Shown: positions 11,711-23,881, numbered from the stretch's first letter. The stretch is 64,000 nucleotides of DNA from Eledone cirrhosa (GCA_964016885.1 OZ024741.1:275652001-275716000); one strand, 5' to 3'. A program made the numbers and translations. The notes: generated by a model not told the origin, from the sequence alone.

Positions 11711-14700
11711 CATCATCATCATCGTTTAACGTCCATCTTCCACGCTTGCATGGGTTTGGATGGGAATTTTCCCACTTGAGGCAAGAGTGGTTGTCTTGCT
11801 CGTGTAGGACTGTCTGGCGGGTTTTCTATGGCTGGATGCCCTTCCTAACACCAACCACGTTTACAGTGTGGACTGGGAGGTTTTTACCGTGTTACCTACA
11901 TGGCCACATTACAGCGTGGACTGTGTGTTTTTTTGTCGTGACACCTACACGACCTCATTTATTTTGGACTGGATGTTGTGGTACCAACATAACTTTACAT
12001 TGGAAGGGATGGTGTGGATGGGGTGGGGGTGGTGGGACGGGGGTGTATTTTTGTTAGAGGTGCCTACTGACTGTAGGTTTCGCTTTGTACTTAGGCAAGG
12101 CGGGTCTTCTGTATTACTGTGTAGCGCCAAAGATCTCGGTCCAGTAACATTGTCTTGGAGAGGTGTAAGTGTGTGAGGTCGGAATTTATCAAGTCGTCCC
12201 AGGTTTTCCTGGGTCTGCCTACTCCATGGTTACCATCTATTTTTATTGCCCTGCACTTTTTTATACAGCTGTCGTCTTTCATGCGCATCACGTGACCATA
12301 CCAACGTAGCCTTCTCTCGAATAAACAACATCTGATCCCTCTTATTCCTCATTTCTCCCTTAGTTCATTTATGCTTTGCCATTCACGTATATTACTATTA
12401 CACATCCAACGGAGCATGCAAGCTTCGTTCCTCTCTAGTCTGCGTATATCCTCTGCACACAATGCCCAAGTCTCACTGCCATGTATCATTGCTGTTCGTA
12501 TGCAGGCATCATACAGCCTGCCTTTCATTTTTAGAGAGAACCCTTTAGCGGCCAATAGTGGTATAAGCTCTCTGAACTTTTTCCATCCCGTTCTGACTCT
12601 AGCTACTGTACTTTCAGAGCATCCTCCACCACTGCTGATTTTGTCACCCAGGTAACGGAAGGTGTCCACTATTTCTATAGAATCATCTGTGCAATGGAAT
12701 GAGTTAGTATTCTTTGTGCACTTGCTGCTACTTATTGCACCTGAGCACCAGTCACATATAAAATCTATATTCTTAGTTAGCTTACCTGTGATCCCACTAC
12801 ATCTTTTATGCACCCATACTTTTCATTTGGGACATAAAATGGAGTTTCTGCCTACTCCTTTCCTACACACTGAGCATGGCCATTTCCCAGATGGGACCAG
12901 TGCCCTATTTTCCTTCCTACAAACTAGAACTTTAGTCTTAGACAGGTTAATTTTAAGGCCTTTTGATTCTAGGCCATGCTTCCATGTTTGGAATTTCTTC
13001 TCTAGTTCAGCCATTGATTCAGCTATGAGCGTTAGATCATCTGCATATAGGAGTTCCCATGGGCAGCCGGTCTTGAACTCCTCTGTTATAGCCTGAAGGG
13101 CAATAATAAATAGTAGGGGGCTAAGGACGGAGCCCTGATGAACACCAACTTTTATGCTAAACTCTTCACTATATTCGTTGTTAATTCTAACCTTGCTGAC
13201 TGTTTCTTTATACATGGCTTGTATAGCTCTCACAAGCCATTCATCAACACCTAGTTTTCTAAGAGCCCACCAGATAATTGAGCGGGGTACTCTGACAAAG
13301 GCTTTCTCCAAGTCAACAAAAGCTAAGTATAGGGGTTTACTTTTAGCTAGGTACTTCTCCTGTAGTTGTCGTACAATGAAAAGAGCGTCTGTTGTACTTT
13401 TACCTGACACAAACCCGAACTGCATTTCATCTAGATCAATTCGCTCTCTGATTAGTTGCGCTATTACTTTTTCTGTGACCTTCTGTGACCTGGTCAATTA
13501 ATTTAATGCCTCTATAGTTTCCCCTATCTAGGGCATCTCCTTTACCCTTGTAGCAGTTAATGATGATGGTGCTACTCCAATCCTTTGGAATGACCCCATT
13601 CTGTATGACTTGGTTTACTATCCGGGTGACCATAGTGTGTCCCACCGTTCCAGATGCTTTCAGCATTTCAGCAACTATTTCCGAAAGTCCAGCCGCCTTG
13701 CCTGTCTTCATGTCTTTGATGCCTTACTTATTATACTACCTTCAACTTGCACTGCTGGTCCCTCTATTGGATCGATGTGGGGGAGACTTTCTTTCTCCCA
13801 ATTATTCTCCTCATTTAGTAGCCTTTCGTAATGACACTTCCAAGCTACCTTCTTATCAGCGTCAGTGATGGCAAGTACACCATCATCATTAAGGACACAG
13901 TTCTCCCCGACAATATCATGGTTTTCCTTGACACATTGCCTAGCAATTCTGAACACCTCACGTTTTTGCTCCTCGCGTTGTAGAACATGCTTGAACTTTT
14001 TTTCCTCTGCTTCCCTTCTTGCAAAGTACACTTGTCTCCTAGCTTCCCTCCTGGCCACTTGATAGTCTTCTCTACTTCCCCCATCCCGCCATGCTTTCCA
14101 AGCCTGCTTTTTGGCCTTGATTGACCCCTCAACTTTACTGTCCCACCACCAAGTTACTCTGCTCCAGCCACAGATTTCATCTGTCACCTTCAGCAGGTTA
14201 GCTTTCAGGAATTCCCACTGTTCCTCTATATTGTACGACTCTAATTGCTCTTCCTTACTATCGAAAGCATCAAGTAATATGCTTTTAAATTTATTACTGG
14301 CTGTGGGGTCCTTTAGCTTCCATATTTTTCTCCTGAGGATAGTCCTCTTCTGTTGTTGAGTACGTCTCGTCCTGACTATGAGGTCGCTAATTATGAGTTT
14401 ATGTTGAGAGGTGCATTCTTCATGAGGGAGGGATTTAGTGTTTACAACAGACACTCTGTCACGTCTTCTGGTAAGGATATAATCTACCTGGCTGGTGTGT
14501 TCCCCTGATCTATAGGTGATCAGGTGATTGTCACGTTTTTTGAAGTTAGTGTTACAGATAGTTAGGTTATTTGCGTCACAGAATTCCAGGATTCTGGAGC
14601 CTTCCTCATTTCTAGTACCAAACCCATAGCCTCCATGGATTCCATCATAGCCGTCACAATGTTGTCAAACGTGACCATTTAGGTCGCCAGCGATAACTAT

Positions 14701-15428
14701 GTAGTCACTGTCGGTTATTTGGGAGGTAGTGAGCATTAACATCTCATAGAATCTGTCTTTTATAACACCAGACAGTCCGGATTGTGGTGCATATGCAGAT
14801 ATTACTGTCACAGTAGTTCTATTGAGGACAAGTCTTATTTTAATTATTCTGTCGTTCACTCTATTTACGTCTATTATCTTATCTGCCCACTTTTCTGCTA
14901 CATCTTTTATGCACCCTACTCCACCCAGCCCATCGTCATTTCCCACCCAGAAAAGCTTATAGCATCGTTCTTTTCCCACAATGAATCTAGCAGCCCCACC
15001 CCTCCACCTGATCTCTTGAATACAGCAAACATCGACCTCCTTACGTTCAAGCATTTCTACAACCTCGTTAGAGCGACCTTTTAAGGTGCCTACATTCATG
15101 GTGTCAACTCTGAAGTTTTGGATTGCGTTTTGAGGGTGGGAACGGTGGGGCGCAGGGGGTGGGGGTGGGTGAGGGTGATGGGGTTATGTTAGCCATTCAC
15201 GGCCGAAATAAAGAGGAGGAGTCCTTGCATTCTCGTCCGGCAGCATGAGGTGAATTTGTCTTTATCACTGAGTGTCCAGATTTTTTCTTTTCAAACTCTC
15301 CAGAATTCCGTAGTCTATCCATCATATCGAAAGGCAACCAGGTCTAAACTTAAGTGATAGCATAGGCCGCTGACTTATGATTGGCCCACATAATAATGGT
15401 GGTGAGTGGGGGAGGGTGGGAGGGATAT
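11711..15428 (-). mobile_element. near full-length RTE LINE (APE + RT), frameshifted
   Basis: APE motifs NVGTL, CIQEIRW, SAYAPQ, GDLNGHV; RT motifs QFGF, FVDLEKAF, GVHQGSVLSPLLF, YADD; ORF split into pieces; (GAT)n tail. Confidence 0.95.
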
Positions 15429-15469
15429 GTGTATATATATATATATACACATACTAACTACACTGCATC

Positions 15470-15812
15470 ATTCATTCATTTCATTTCATTTTACGTCCGC
15501 TTTTTCCCTGCTTGCAAGGGTGGGACGGGAACTGATTTTGGCTTGATTTCTACAGCTGGATGCCCTTCCTAACACCAACCTCATTTACAGTGAGTGCTGG
15601 GTGCTTTTTTGCCGTGGAACCTGCACGACCACTTTGCAGTGGAATGATATAGACCCCAGTCCCTATCATCTCATTTCTACAGCTGAGTAAACTGGAGCAA
15701 TGTGAAATAAAGTGTCTTGCTCAAGGAAACAACACATCAGCCGGTCTGAGAATTGAACTCACAACCTTTCGATTGCAAGGCCAATGCTCTAACCACTAAG
15801 CCATGTGCCTCC
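15470..15812 (-). mobile_element. SINE family A copy
   Basis: reverse complement of the 27212 copy head and tail. Confidence 0.85.
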
Positions 15813-15820
15813 ATACATAT

Positions 15821-16008
15821 GGATTCACCGAACATTTATTATAATGCTCGGTGTGTTTGTAAATAAACATCCCGAATTAAGCCGTACAGTGTCTAGCAAC
15901 CATCGTTGCTCATTTGTTCAACACTGACAAAGGAACGCTGTTTTCGGTACCCCGGCCGATTAACTCACTCGATATACAAATTAGGCTGCTCAGCCCTTAA
16001 TATGCATA
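15821..16008. mobile_element. rearranged fragment of the hammerhead element (subfamily 1)
   Basis: near-identical to 17053-17240, including the aaggaacg-ct-gttttcgg inversion junction. Confidence 0.85.
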
Positions 16009-16674
16009 TATATATGTATACATATATCATCATCATCATCATCGTTTAACGTCTATCTTCCACGCTAGCATGGGTTGGACAGGAATTGTCCCAATTGAGG
16101 CAAGATTGGTCAGGTGACCGTGTCTTGCTCATATAGAACTGTATTTGGCAGGTTTTTCTACGGCTGGATGCCCTCCCTAACACCAACCATATTTACAGTG
16201 TGGACTGGGTGCTTTTTGTCGTGAAACCTACACAACCACTTTTGTTGTATATATCTATATATGTGTGTGTGTGTATATGTATACATATATTTATATATAA
16301 TATATATTTATGCGTGTGTGTGTTTATATATATTATATGAAAAGTACCCAGTCCATCCAGTCCACCTGGGAACCCCCGTCTGCTCATGCCTTTCTCATAG
16401 GAATACACCTACAACATTTTAAAAAGAAAAATGACATCAATCTCTTCAGAAGGCTTCTGAAGACTCTGGATACTGCTCCCTTTCCTTAGACCTACCAATA
16501 TCTTTAGATCCTGTAAATGCCATGGGAACAGCCTCATCCTTCTAGACCTACTGGGATATAACAACTGATGAGGGAAGTAATTATAGCAGAGGGGGTTAAT
16601 GGACCCCTTTTAAGTAAAACGGGTCCATGATAAGGGAAGTTGTTGGGAAACATTAGGATAGAAATAAGATTTAC

Positions 16675-16736
16675 CTTCTGTCTTTCAATAGACAACTAAT
16701 GATGGATTTCAGGATTAACTTCTGAAGATCTTCAGG
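16675..16736 (-). CDS. HECTD2: HECTD2-like 62-nt exon (PEDLQKLILKSIISCLLKDR)
   Basis: ataattctag acceptor, gtaaat donor; resembles HECTD2 PQDVQKTVLKGIINSLLREW; phase 0 in, phase 2 out. Confidence 0.88.
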
Positions 16737-17262
16737 CTAGAATTATAAACAATAGAATTAAATTCCATACATACATACATACATATATCCATGTATACAT
16801 ACATGCATATATATATATATATATCATAATCATCATCATCATTACCTTTTAATATCCATTTTCCACATTAGCATTGGTTACATATATATAAACGGAAAAA
16901 ATGAAACAAAATTTCATTTCTCACTCTTAGTACGGCTGTTACTTAAATATAAGTATGTATACGTACATACATATATGTATACAGACGTACAGTAGTATGC
17001 ATATATATATATATATATATACATACATGCACACATATATATATGTACGTATGGATTCACCGAACATTTATTATAATGCTCGGTGTGTTTGTAAATAAAC
17101 ATCCCAAATTAAGCCGTACAGTGTCTAGTAACCATCGTTGCTCATTTGTTCAACACTGACAAAGGAACGCTGTTTTCGGTACCCCGGCCGATTAACTCAC
17201 TCGATATACAAATTAGGCTGCTCAGCCCTTAATATGCATAAGGACGTTCAACCATCTGGCAG

Positions 17263-17298
17263 TACTAGTTTCAAGCTTATTAGCTATCGTCAGCAACA
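17263..17298 (-). ncRNA. hammerhead truncated at its cleavage site
   Basis: TGTTG-CTGACGA-TAGCT-AATA-AGCTT-GAAA-CTAG-TA, then the sequence switches to an inverted copy of upstream DNA. Confidence 0.75.
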
Positions 17299-17809
17299 TA
17301 TACCTTCCTGCCAGATGGTTGAACGTCTGAAAGTATATACTTTCCTTATGCATATTAAGGGCTGAGCAGCCTAATTTGTATATCGAGTGAGTTAATCGGC
17401 CGGGGTACCGAAAACAGCGTTCCTTTGTCAGTGTTGAACAAACGAGCAATGATGGTTGCTGGACACTACGGCTTAATACGGGCTGTTTGTTTACAAACAC
17501 ACCGAGCATTATAATAAATGTTCGGTGAATCCATACGTACATATATATATATGTGTGCATGTATGTATATATATATATACATACTACTATATGTCTGTAT
17601 ACATATATGTATGTACGTATACATACTTATATTTAAGTAACAGCTGTACTAAGAGTGAGAAATGAAATTTCGTTTCATTTTTTCCGTTTATCGTTTTCGG
17701 TACCCCGGCCGATTAACTCACTCGATATGCAAATTAGGCTGCTCAGCCCTTAATATGCATAAGGAAAGTATATACTTTCAGATGTTCAACCATCTGGCAG
17801 GAAGGTATA

Positions 17810-17850
17810 CGTTGCTGACGATGGCTAATAAGCTTGAAACTAGTACAACG
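17810..17850 (+). ncRNA. intact minimal type I hammerhead (subfamily 1)
   Basis: CGTTG-CTGACGA-TGGCT-AATA-AGCTT-GAAA-CTAG-TA-CAACG; all core positions present, perfect 5-bp stem I. Confidence 0.88.
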
Positions 17851-17990
17851 TTCCTTTGTCAGTGTTGAACAAATGAGCAACGATGGTTGCTAGACACTAC
17901 GGCTTAATTTGAGATGTTTGTTTACAAACACACCTAGCATTATAATAAATGTTCGGTGAATCCATACGTACATATATATATGTGTGCATG

Positions 17991-18074
<84 letters not shown>

Positions 18075-18195
18075 CTATTGTACGTCTGTATACATATATG
18101 TATGTACGTATACATACTTATATTACATATATATACATATACTGGAATTGAAATATCAAGACCATAAAGGTATGTCATATATCAAATCATATATT

Positions 18196-18252
18196 TTATC
18201 TGACGAGGACGTACTGGAAAAAAAAAACACAGTACCTTCGAAATATATATAA
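18196..18252 (+). ncRNA. type I hammerhead motif, extra-U family
   Basis: TTA-T-CTGACGA-GGAC-GTACTG...CAGTAC-CTTC-GAAA-TATATA-TAATAAA. Confidence 0.55.
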
Positions 18253-18446
18253 TAAACCATATATTTTGATTATGTGAATATCTTCATTTATTAATATTTT
18301 GAATAATTATATACATATATATATATATATATAAGTTGTAATATAATGAAACGAAATTTCATTTCTCACTCTTAGTACGGCACTTACTTAAATGTAAGTA
18401 TGTATGTATACGTACATACATATATGTATACAGACGTACAGTAGCA

Positions 18447-18524
<78 letters not shown>

Positions 18525-18777
18525 TACATACAGGTACACATATATATATGTACGTATCAGTTTAGCAGTTTTACAAACGGACAAAGCGGGCGTTATAATA
18601 AACGTTCGCTAAACTGATATATACATACGGGTACACATATATCCATGTACGTATCAGTTTAGCGTACGTTTATTATAATGCCCGCTTTGTCCGTTTGTAA
18701 ACAAGCGGACAGCCTGATCTATGCCGTACGGTGTTAAGGCAACCACGTCACCTTTTTGTTCAACACTGACACAGGAA

Positions 18778-18818
18778 CGATGTACTAGTTTCAAGCTTCT
18801 TAGCTATCATCAGCACCG
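18778..18818 (-). ncRNA. intact minimal type I hammerhead (subfamily 2, copy 1)
   Basis: CGGTG-CTGATGA-TAGCT-AAGA-AGCTT-GAAA-CTAG-TA-CATCG. Confidence 0.88.
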
Positions 18819-19054
18819 TTTACCCTTCTGCCAGATAGTTGAACGTTCAAAAGTATATACTTTCCTTATGAAAATTAACGGCTGAGCAGCCTAATTTGCA
18901 TATCGAGTGAGTTCAGTCGGCCAGGCATACCGAAAACGATAAGTTGTAATATAATGAAACGAAATTTCATTTCTCACTCTTAGTACGGCACTTACTTAAA
19001 TGTAAGTATTTATGTATACGTACATACATATATGTATACAGACGTACAGTAGCA

Positions 19055-19158
<104 letters not shown>

Positions 19159-19312
19159 CATACAGGTACACATATATCCATGTACGTATCAGTTTAGCGT
19201 ACGTTTATTATAACGCCCGCTTTGTCCGTTTGTAAACAAGCGGACAGCCTGATCTATGCCGTACGGGGTTAAGGCAACCACGTCACCTTTTTGTTCAACA
19301 CTGACACAGGAA

Positions 19313-19353
19313 CGATGTACTAGTTTCAAGCTTCTTAGCTATCATCAGCACCG
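19313..19353 (-). ncRNA. intact minimal type I hammerhead (subfamily 2, copy 2)
   Basis: identical to 18778-18818, 535 bp away in the same orientation. Confidence 0.88.
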
Positions 19354-19660
19354 TTTACCTTTCTGCCAGATAGTTGAACGTTCGAAAGTATATATGTTTA
19401 TTATAACGCCCGCTTTGTCCGTTTGTAACGTTCCTGTGTCAGTGTTGAACAAAAAGGTGACGTGGTTGCCTTAACACCGTATGGCATAGATCAGGCTGTC
19501 CGCTTGTTTACAAACGGACAAAGCGGGCGTTATAATAAACGATGCATTAAAGACAGTACATCTCACCACAGTGCATTGATAATTAAGACACACGAGACAG
19601 TAGTACATGTAAATTGCAGTAACCAGTAGGAGAGAGGGAGAAGTAAAAAAAGGAGATTGA

Positions 19661-19925
19661 ACGTAAGTCCTGAATCCGTATTAACAGCATGATTTCCTTC
19701 CTCCTTTCTCTCTCTTTCTTTCTCTCCCTTTCTCTCTCTCTCTCACTCAATTATTCTCTTTCTCTCTTACCATCTATCTCTTTTCTCCCCTTCTCTCTCT
19801 TCTCCCTTACCACTTCCCCCTCCCCCCTACTTCCATTTTTCTTGGTATCTCCCTCTTTGTGCCTGTTCTTGCTATGATCTGATGTTCTTCTTTTCGTGCT
19901 GTTAATACGGATTCAGGACTTATGT
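19661..19925. mobile_element. MITE-like element with ~32-bp terminal inverted repeats
   Basis: acgtaagtcctgaatccgtattaacagcatga vs tcgtgctgttaatacggattcaggacttatgt around a CT-rich core. Confidence 0.55.
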
Positions 19926-20481
19926 ACGGTCACTTTTTTAAATTGATGTAAAAAATCATTATGCATACTTATTCTTCACTGTATATATATATATATATAT
20001 ATATGTATAGGAGATGCACAGGACAAAGATAATGGAAAATAACAATGGAAAGATGTATAGTCCCATCTCCTCAGTCAACCTCTGGAAATCACTACGGTTT
20101 CGGTCATTAAGGTTGATACCATTCATTCCAGTGTACATTGGGACATAACAAAACAGATAGAGACAAGTTATGCCTTTAGGTAAATAACACAAATACAGTG
20201 TGCCAGGGTTTAGCCAAAGGAGAAAAATATAGAAAGGAGGGAAATAGTAAAACAGAAGAGAATAAGGACTGTAGTCCAACATGTGGACAAATAAGGACAC
20301 TGGGGTGTAGAAAAGGTAAGAAGGGAGAATAAGGGAAAATATGCCAGGTGGTATGATGTCTATTATATGATAGTTTCAAAAAAAGTCTTTAGAATATAAA
20401 TTCAAATAGGGAGCGCACTGGACAAAGACATAGATATAATTGTTAGAAATATAAAGAATAAAAGAGGTGTTACCCACACAC

Positions 20482-20580
20482 CAAGTCAGAGACAAGGTCA
20501 AATGTAACATCTATCATCTCTTGGTTCAAATGTGCTGCTCTCTTGCCATTTGTAGGCTTCTTTTCAGATTCATCCTTCTC
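20482..20580 (-). CDS. HECTD2: HECTD2-like 99-nt exon (EKDESEKKPTNGKRAAHLNQEMIDVTFDLVSDL)
   Basis: ccacag acceptor; gtgtgt donor chosen because it keeps phase 0; positionally equivalent to HECTD2 ...GINAKFVNAVYDTLLNT. Confidence 0.8.
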
Positions 20581-21213
20581 CTGTGGTGGCAACAGTTGTG
20601 GAAGTGGTGGTGGTGGTGGTGGTGATGGCAGTGGTGGTGGTGGTGGCGGTAGCAGTGGTGGTGGTGATAGGTAGAACAACAAAGAAAGCAAACACAGTAA
20701 AGTATTATGATAGGGGCGGGGTTGTACAATGCTTAACTACAGACTACATCATCATCATCATCATTATCATCATCATTTTATGTCTGTCTTCCATTTTGAC
20801 ATGGGATGGGTTTAATGGAACTAACCCCACCCTCAACAAATCCACCCACACTCCAAATAGTCCACCCACCCACCAACTAGTGAAACCCCACACCTACTAA
20901 CTCACCCTTACTCCTACTGGTCATCACTCTCCTCCTCCCACCTTACTAAGTTGGCCTGTATATGAATCTATATAAATTTATGTATATGAAACTGTATATA
21001 TTTATGTATATGAATCTATATATATTTATGTATATGAATCTATATATATTTATGTATATGAAACGATATATTTATGTATATGAATCTCTATATATTTATG
21101 TATATGAATCTCTATATATTTATGTAAATGAATCTATATATATTTATCTATATGAAACGATATATTTATGTATATGAATCTCTATATATTTATGTATATG
21201 AATCTCTATATAT

Positions 21214-21933
21214 TTATATGAAAGACGTAAAATAAGAAAATTATGAAAATCAACTTACTTACTAAAATTTCACTCCAACTAATTAGTTTCTGTAAGGGAA
21301 TAAATATGGTTACCTAACGGAGCCATAGAGAATCCTTACGTCATCAGGGAGTCTATTCTCAGCTAAGCTCCCAGGTAATGCGTGGACACAGGGAACTTAT
21401 ATAAAAATAATCCAGTGGATGGAAAAAAGCGAGCGGGGACTAAATTCCAGGACATTGAAAAAATCTCTGCCTACTTGGTCGGTGGCAAATTCAAAAGAAT
21501 CAATCACGTGACACTGAGGTTAATCAGTGAGGAGTGGGATGCTAATAAGACATGGGCCTGACTACTACCATGAACCATAGCAGTAATTTCGGCAAATTTT
21601 TGCTCAACAAATAATTTGGAGATAATTATAAAGAATTAGTATATCTACCAACATATATATACAGATGCATACCCATGCTAGCAAATATATAGGTTTTGTC
21701 TTAGTAACTTTGTGGTTCAATGCAAGGGGATGCAGAACAATTATATGAAAGACGTAAAATAAGAAAATTATGAAAATAAGTAAGTTGATTTTCATAATTT
21801 TCTTATTTTACGTCTTTCATATAATTGTTCTGCATCCCCTTGCATTGAACCACAAAGTTACTAAGACAAAACCTATATATTTGCTAGCATGGGTATGCAT
21901 CTGTATATATATGTTGGTAGATATACTAATTCT
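21214..21933. mobile_element. hammerhead element: 527-bp direct-repeat period plus 146-bp-arm palindrome
   Basis: 21214-21250 recurs at 21741-21777; arms 21632-21777 and 21788-21933. Confidence 0.8.
21272..21352 (-). ncRNA. type I hammerhead with extended stem II
   Basis: ACTCC-CTGATGA-CGTAAGG...CCTTACA-GAAA-CTAATTAG-TT-GGAGT; perfect stem I, GUU triplet. Confidence 0.78.
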
Positions 21934-22628
21934 CTATATATTTATGTATATGAATCTGTATATATTTATGTATATGAAACGATATATTTATGTATATGAA
22001 TCTGTATATATTTATGTATATGAATCTATATATATTTATGTATATGAATCTATATATATTTATGTATATGAAACGATATATTTATGTATATGAATTTGTA
22101 TATATTTATGTATATGAATCTCTATATATTTATGTATATGAATCTCTATATATTTATGTAAATGAATCTATATATATTTATGTATATGAAACGATATATT
22201 TATGTATATGAATCTCTATATATTTATGTATATGAATCTCTATATATTTATGTAAATGAATCTATATATATTTATGTATATGAAACGATATATTTATGTA
22301 TATGAATCTCTATATATTTATGTATATGAATCTCTATATATTTATGTATATGAATCTGTATATATTTATGTATATGAAACGATATATTTATGTATATGAA
22401 TCTCTATATATTTATGTATATGAATCTCTATATATTTATGTATATGAATCTCTATATATTTATGTAAATGAATCTATATATATTTATGTATATGAAAATA
22501 TGAAACGATATATTTATGTATACGAATCTGTATATATTTATGTATATGAATCTGTATATATTTATGTATATGAAACTATATATATTTATGTATATGAATA
22601 AATATATACTTACATACATGAAACTTAC

Positions 22629-22731
22629 CTTTAGTACAAACACCATATTGTTGAATGATTCGAATAAGGTGAGGTAAAACTCCTTCAACTCCTGCCAATT
22701 GCCACTGCTTTTACCCACATAGAACATCTCT
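22629..22731 (-). CDS. HECTD2: HECTD2-like 103-nt exon (EMFYVGKSSGNWQELKEFYLTLFESFNNMVFVLK)
   Basis: ctttcacag acceptor, gtaagt donor; resembles HECTD2 KSSGDWKAVHDFYLTTFDSF. Confidence 0.88.
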
Positions 22732-23065
22732 CTGTGAAAGATATGGCCATGAGAGAACCAAAACATGTTAGAACAACAACAACAATAACAACAATAGCAA
22801 TAACATCAATAACAACAGCAATAACAACAACAACAATAACAACAATAACAGCAACAAAAACAACAACAATAACAACAACAATAATAATAACAATAGTGAC
22901 AACAACAACAACAATAATAACAATAGTGACAACAACAACAACAATAATAATTGTTTCTACTTTTGGCACAAGGCCAGCAGTTATCCTAGTGTATTACTGG
23001 TACTTTATTTTATCGACCCCGTAAGGATGAAAGGCAAAGTTAACCTCGGTTAACAACAACATTAA

Positions 23066-23253
23066 TAATTATTTCTACTTTAGGCACAAGGCCAACAATT
23101 ACCCAGTATATTACTGGTACTTTATTTTATCGACCCCGTAAGGATGAAAGGCAAAGTTAACCTCGGCGGGATTTGAACTCAGAATGGCAAGGGCCATAAC
23201 TCTATGCGTCAAAGCAAGGCGTCCGACCCTCTACCAATACTGCCAATCCACCG
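23066..23253 (-). mobile_element. SINE family B
   Basis: tRNA-like head with GAGTTCAAATCC and central CCTTTCATCCTTACGGGGTCGATAAAATAAAGTACCAG; partial copies at 7081, 22950, 23275, 50760. Confidence 0.8.
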
Positions 23254-23394
23254 AATAATGACAATAAATAACATTGACACAAGGCCAGAAATTTGGTGGC
23301 AAAAGGGGAAAGTTGATTATGTCGACCCTATTATGAGATTGAACCTTTATTTTATCGACCCCTGGAAGGATGAAAGACAAAATATCTCCTTTTG

Positions 23395-23830
23395 AAAAAT
23401 AGCAGGAACTGCTAATTGGCATGACCGTTCCTATAGACAAGAATGTATCTATAAAAACATTTGAAAAATTGAGCAAATATAAAGACCTGGAAATAGAGAT
23501 TGGAAAAATGTGTAAGTTGATAGCTAAAACAATACCAGTGGTTGTAGGAGCTCTAGGAATGATACCTAAGGAGTCTAATGATTATTTATCCCACATTCCA
23601 GGAAACCTGCATATAGAAGAAATACAAAAGATAGTACTAATGGGAACTGCCCATATACTAAGGAAGATTCTGTCAATATAAGTACATCTCAAGTCTAAAC
23701 ACCTAGTGTGTGTATGTATTTTTTCTTGAACATGGCGGACCTTGTTGTCTCTTGAGCTCACTGGTTGTGACTTGGTGATAACTCATATGAACATAAAGCA
23801 AGATAAATGAAAAAAATAATAAAATAAAAC
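23395..23830 (+). mobile_element. R4/Dong-like LINE 3' end (restriction-like endonuclease C-terminus)
   Basis: MTVPIDKN...EKLSKYKDL...IPVVVGALG...GTAHILRKILS. Confidence 0.75.
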
Positions 23831-23881
23831 AACTAAACATAGTAGAAATTAAAACAAAAAGAAAAGCCAAAGTAGAAATAC

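Larger units (their letters stand above)
20958..22600. repeat. ~20-22-bp AT-rich minisatellite interrupted by a hammerhead element
   Basis: unit TATATATTTATGTATATGAATC and variants. Confidence 0.9.

Noticed and set aside
15180-15400. Possible HDV-like ribozyme at the RTE 5' end (CCTCCTC and GGCTAA motifs)
   Set aside because: Could not build the nested double pseudoknot by eye; needs a descriptor search
16690-16736. CTGAAGA...GAAA hammerhead-like spacing on the minus strand
   Set aside because: Stems do not pair; the sequence is the HECTD2 exon
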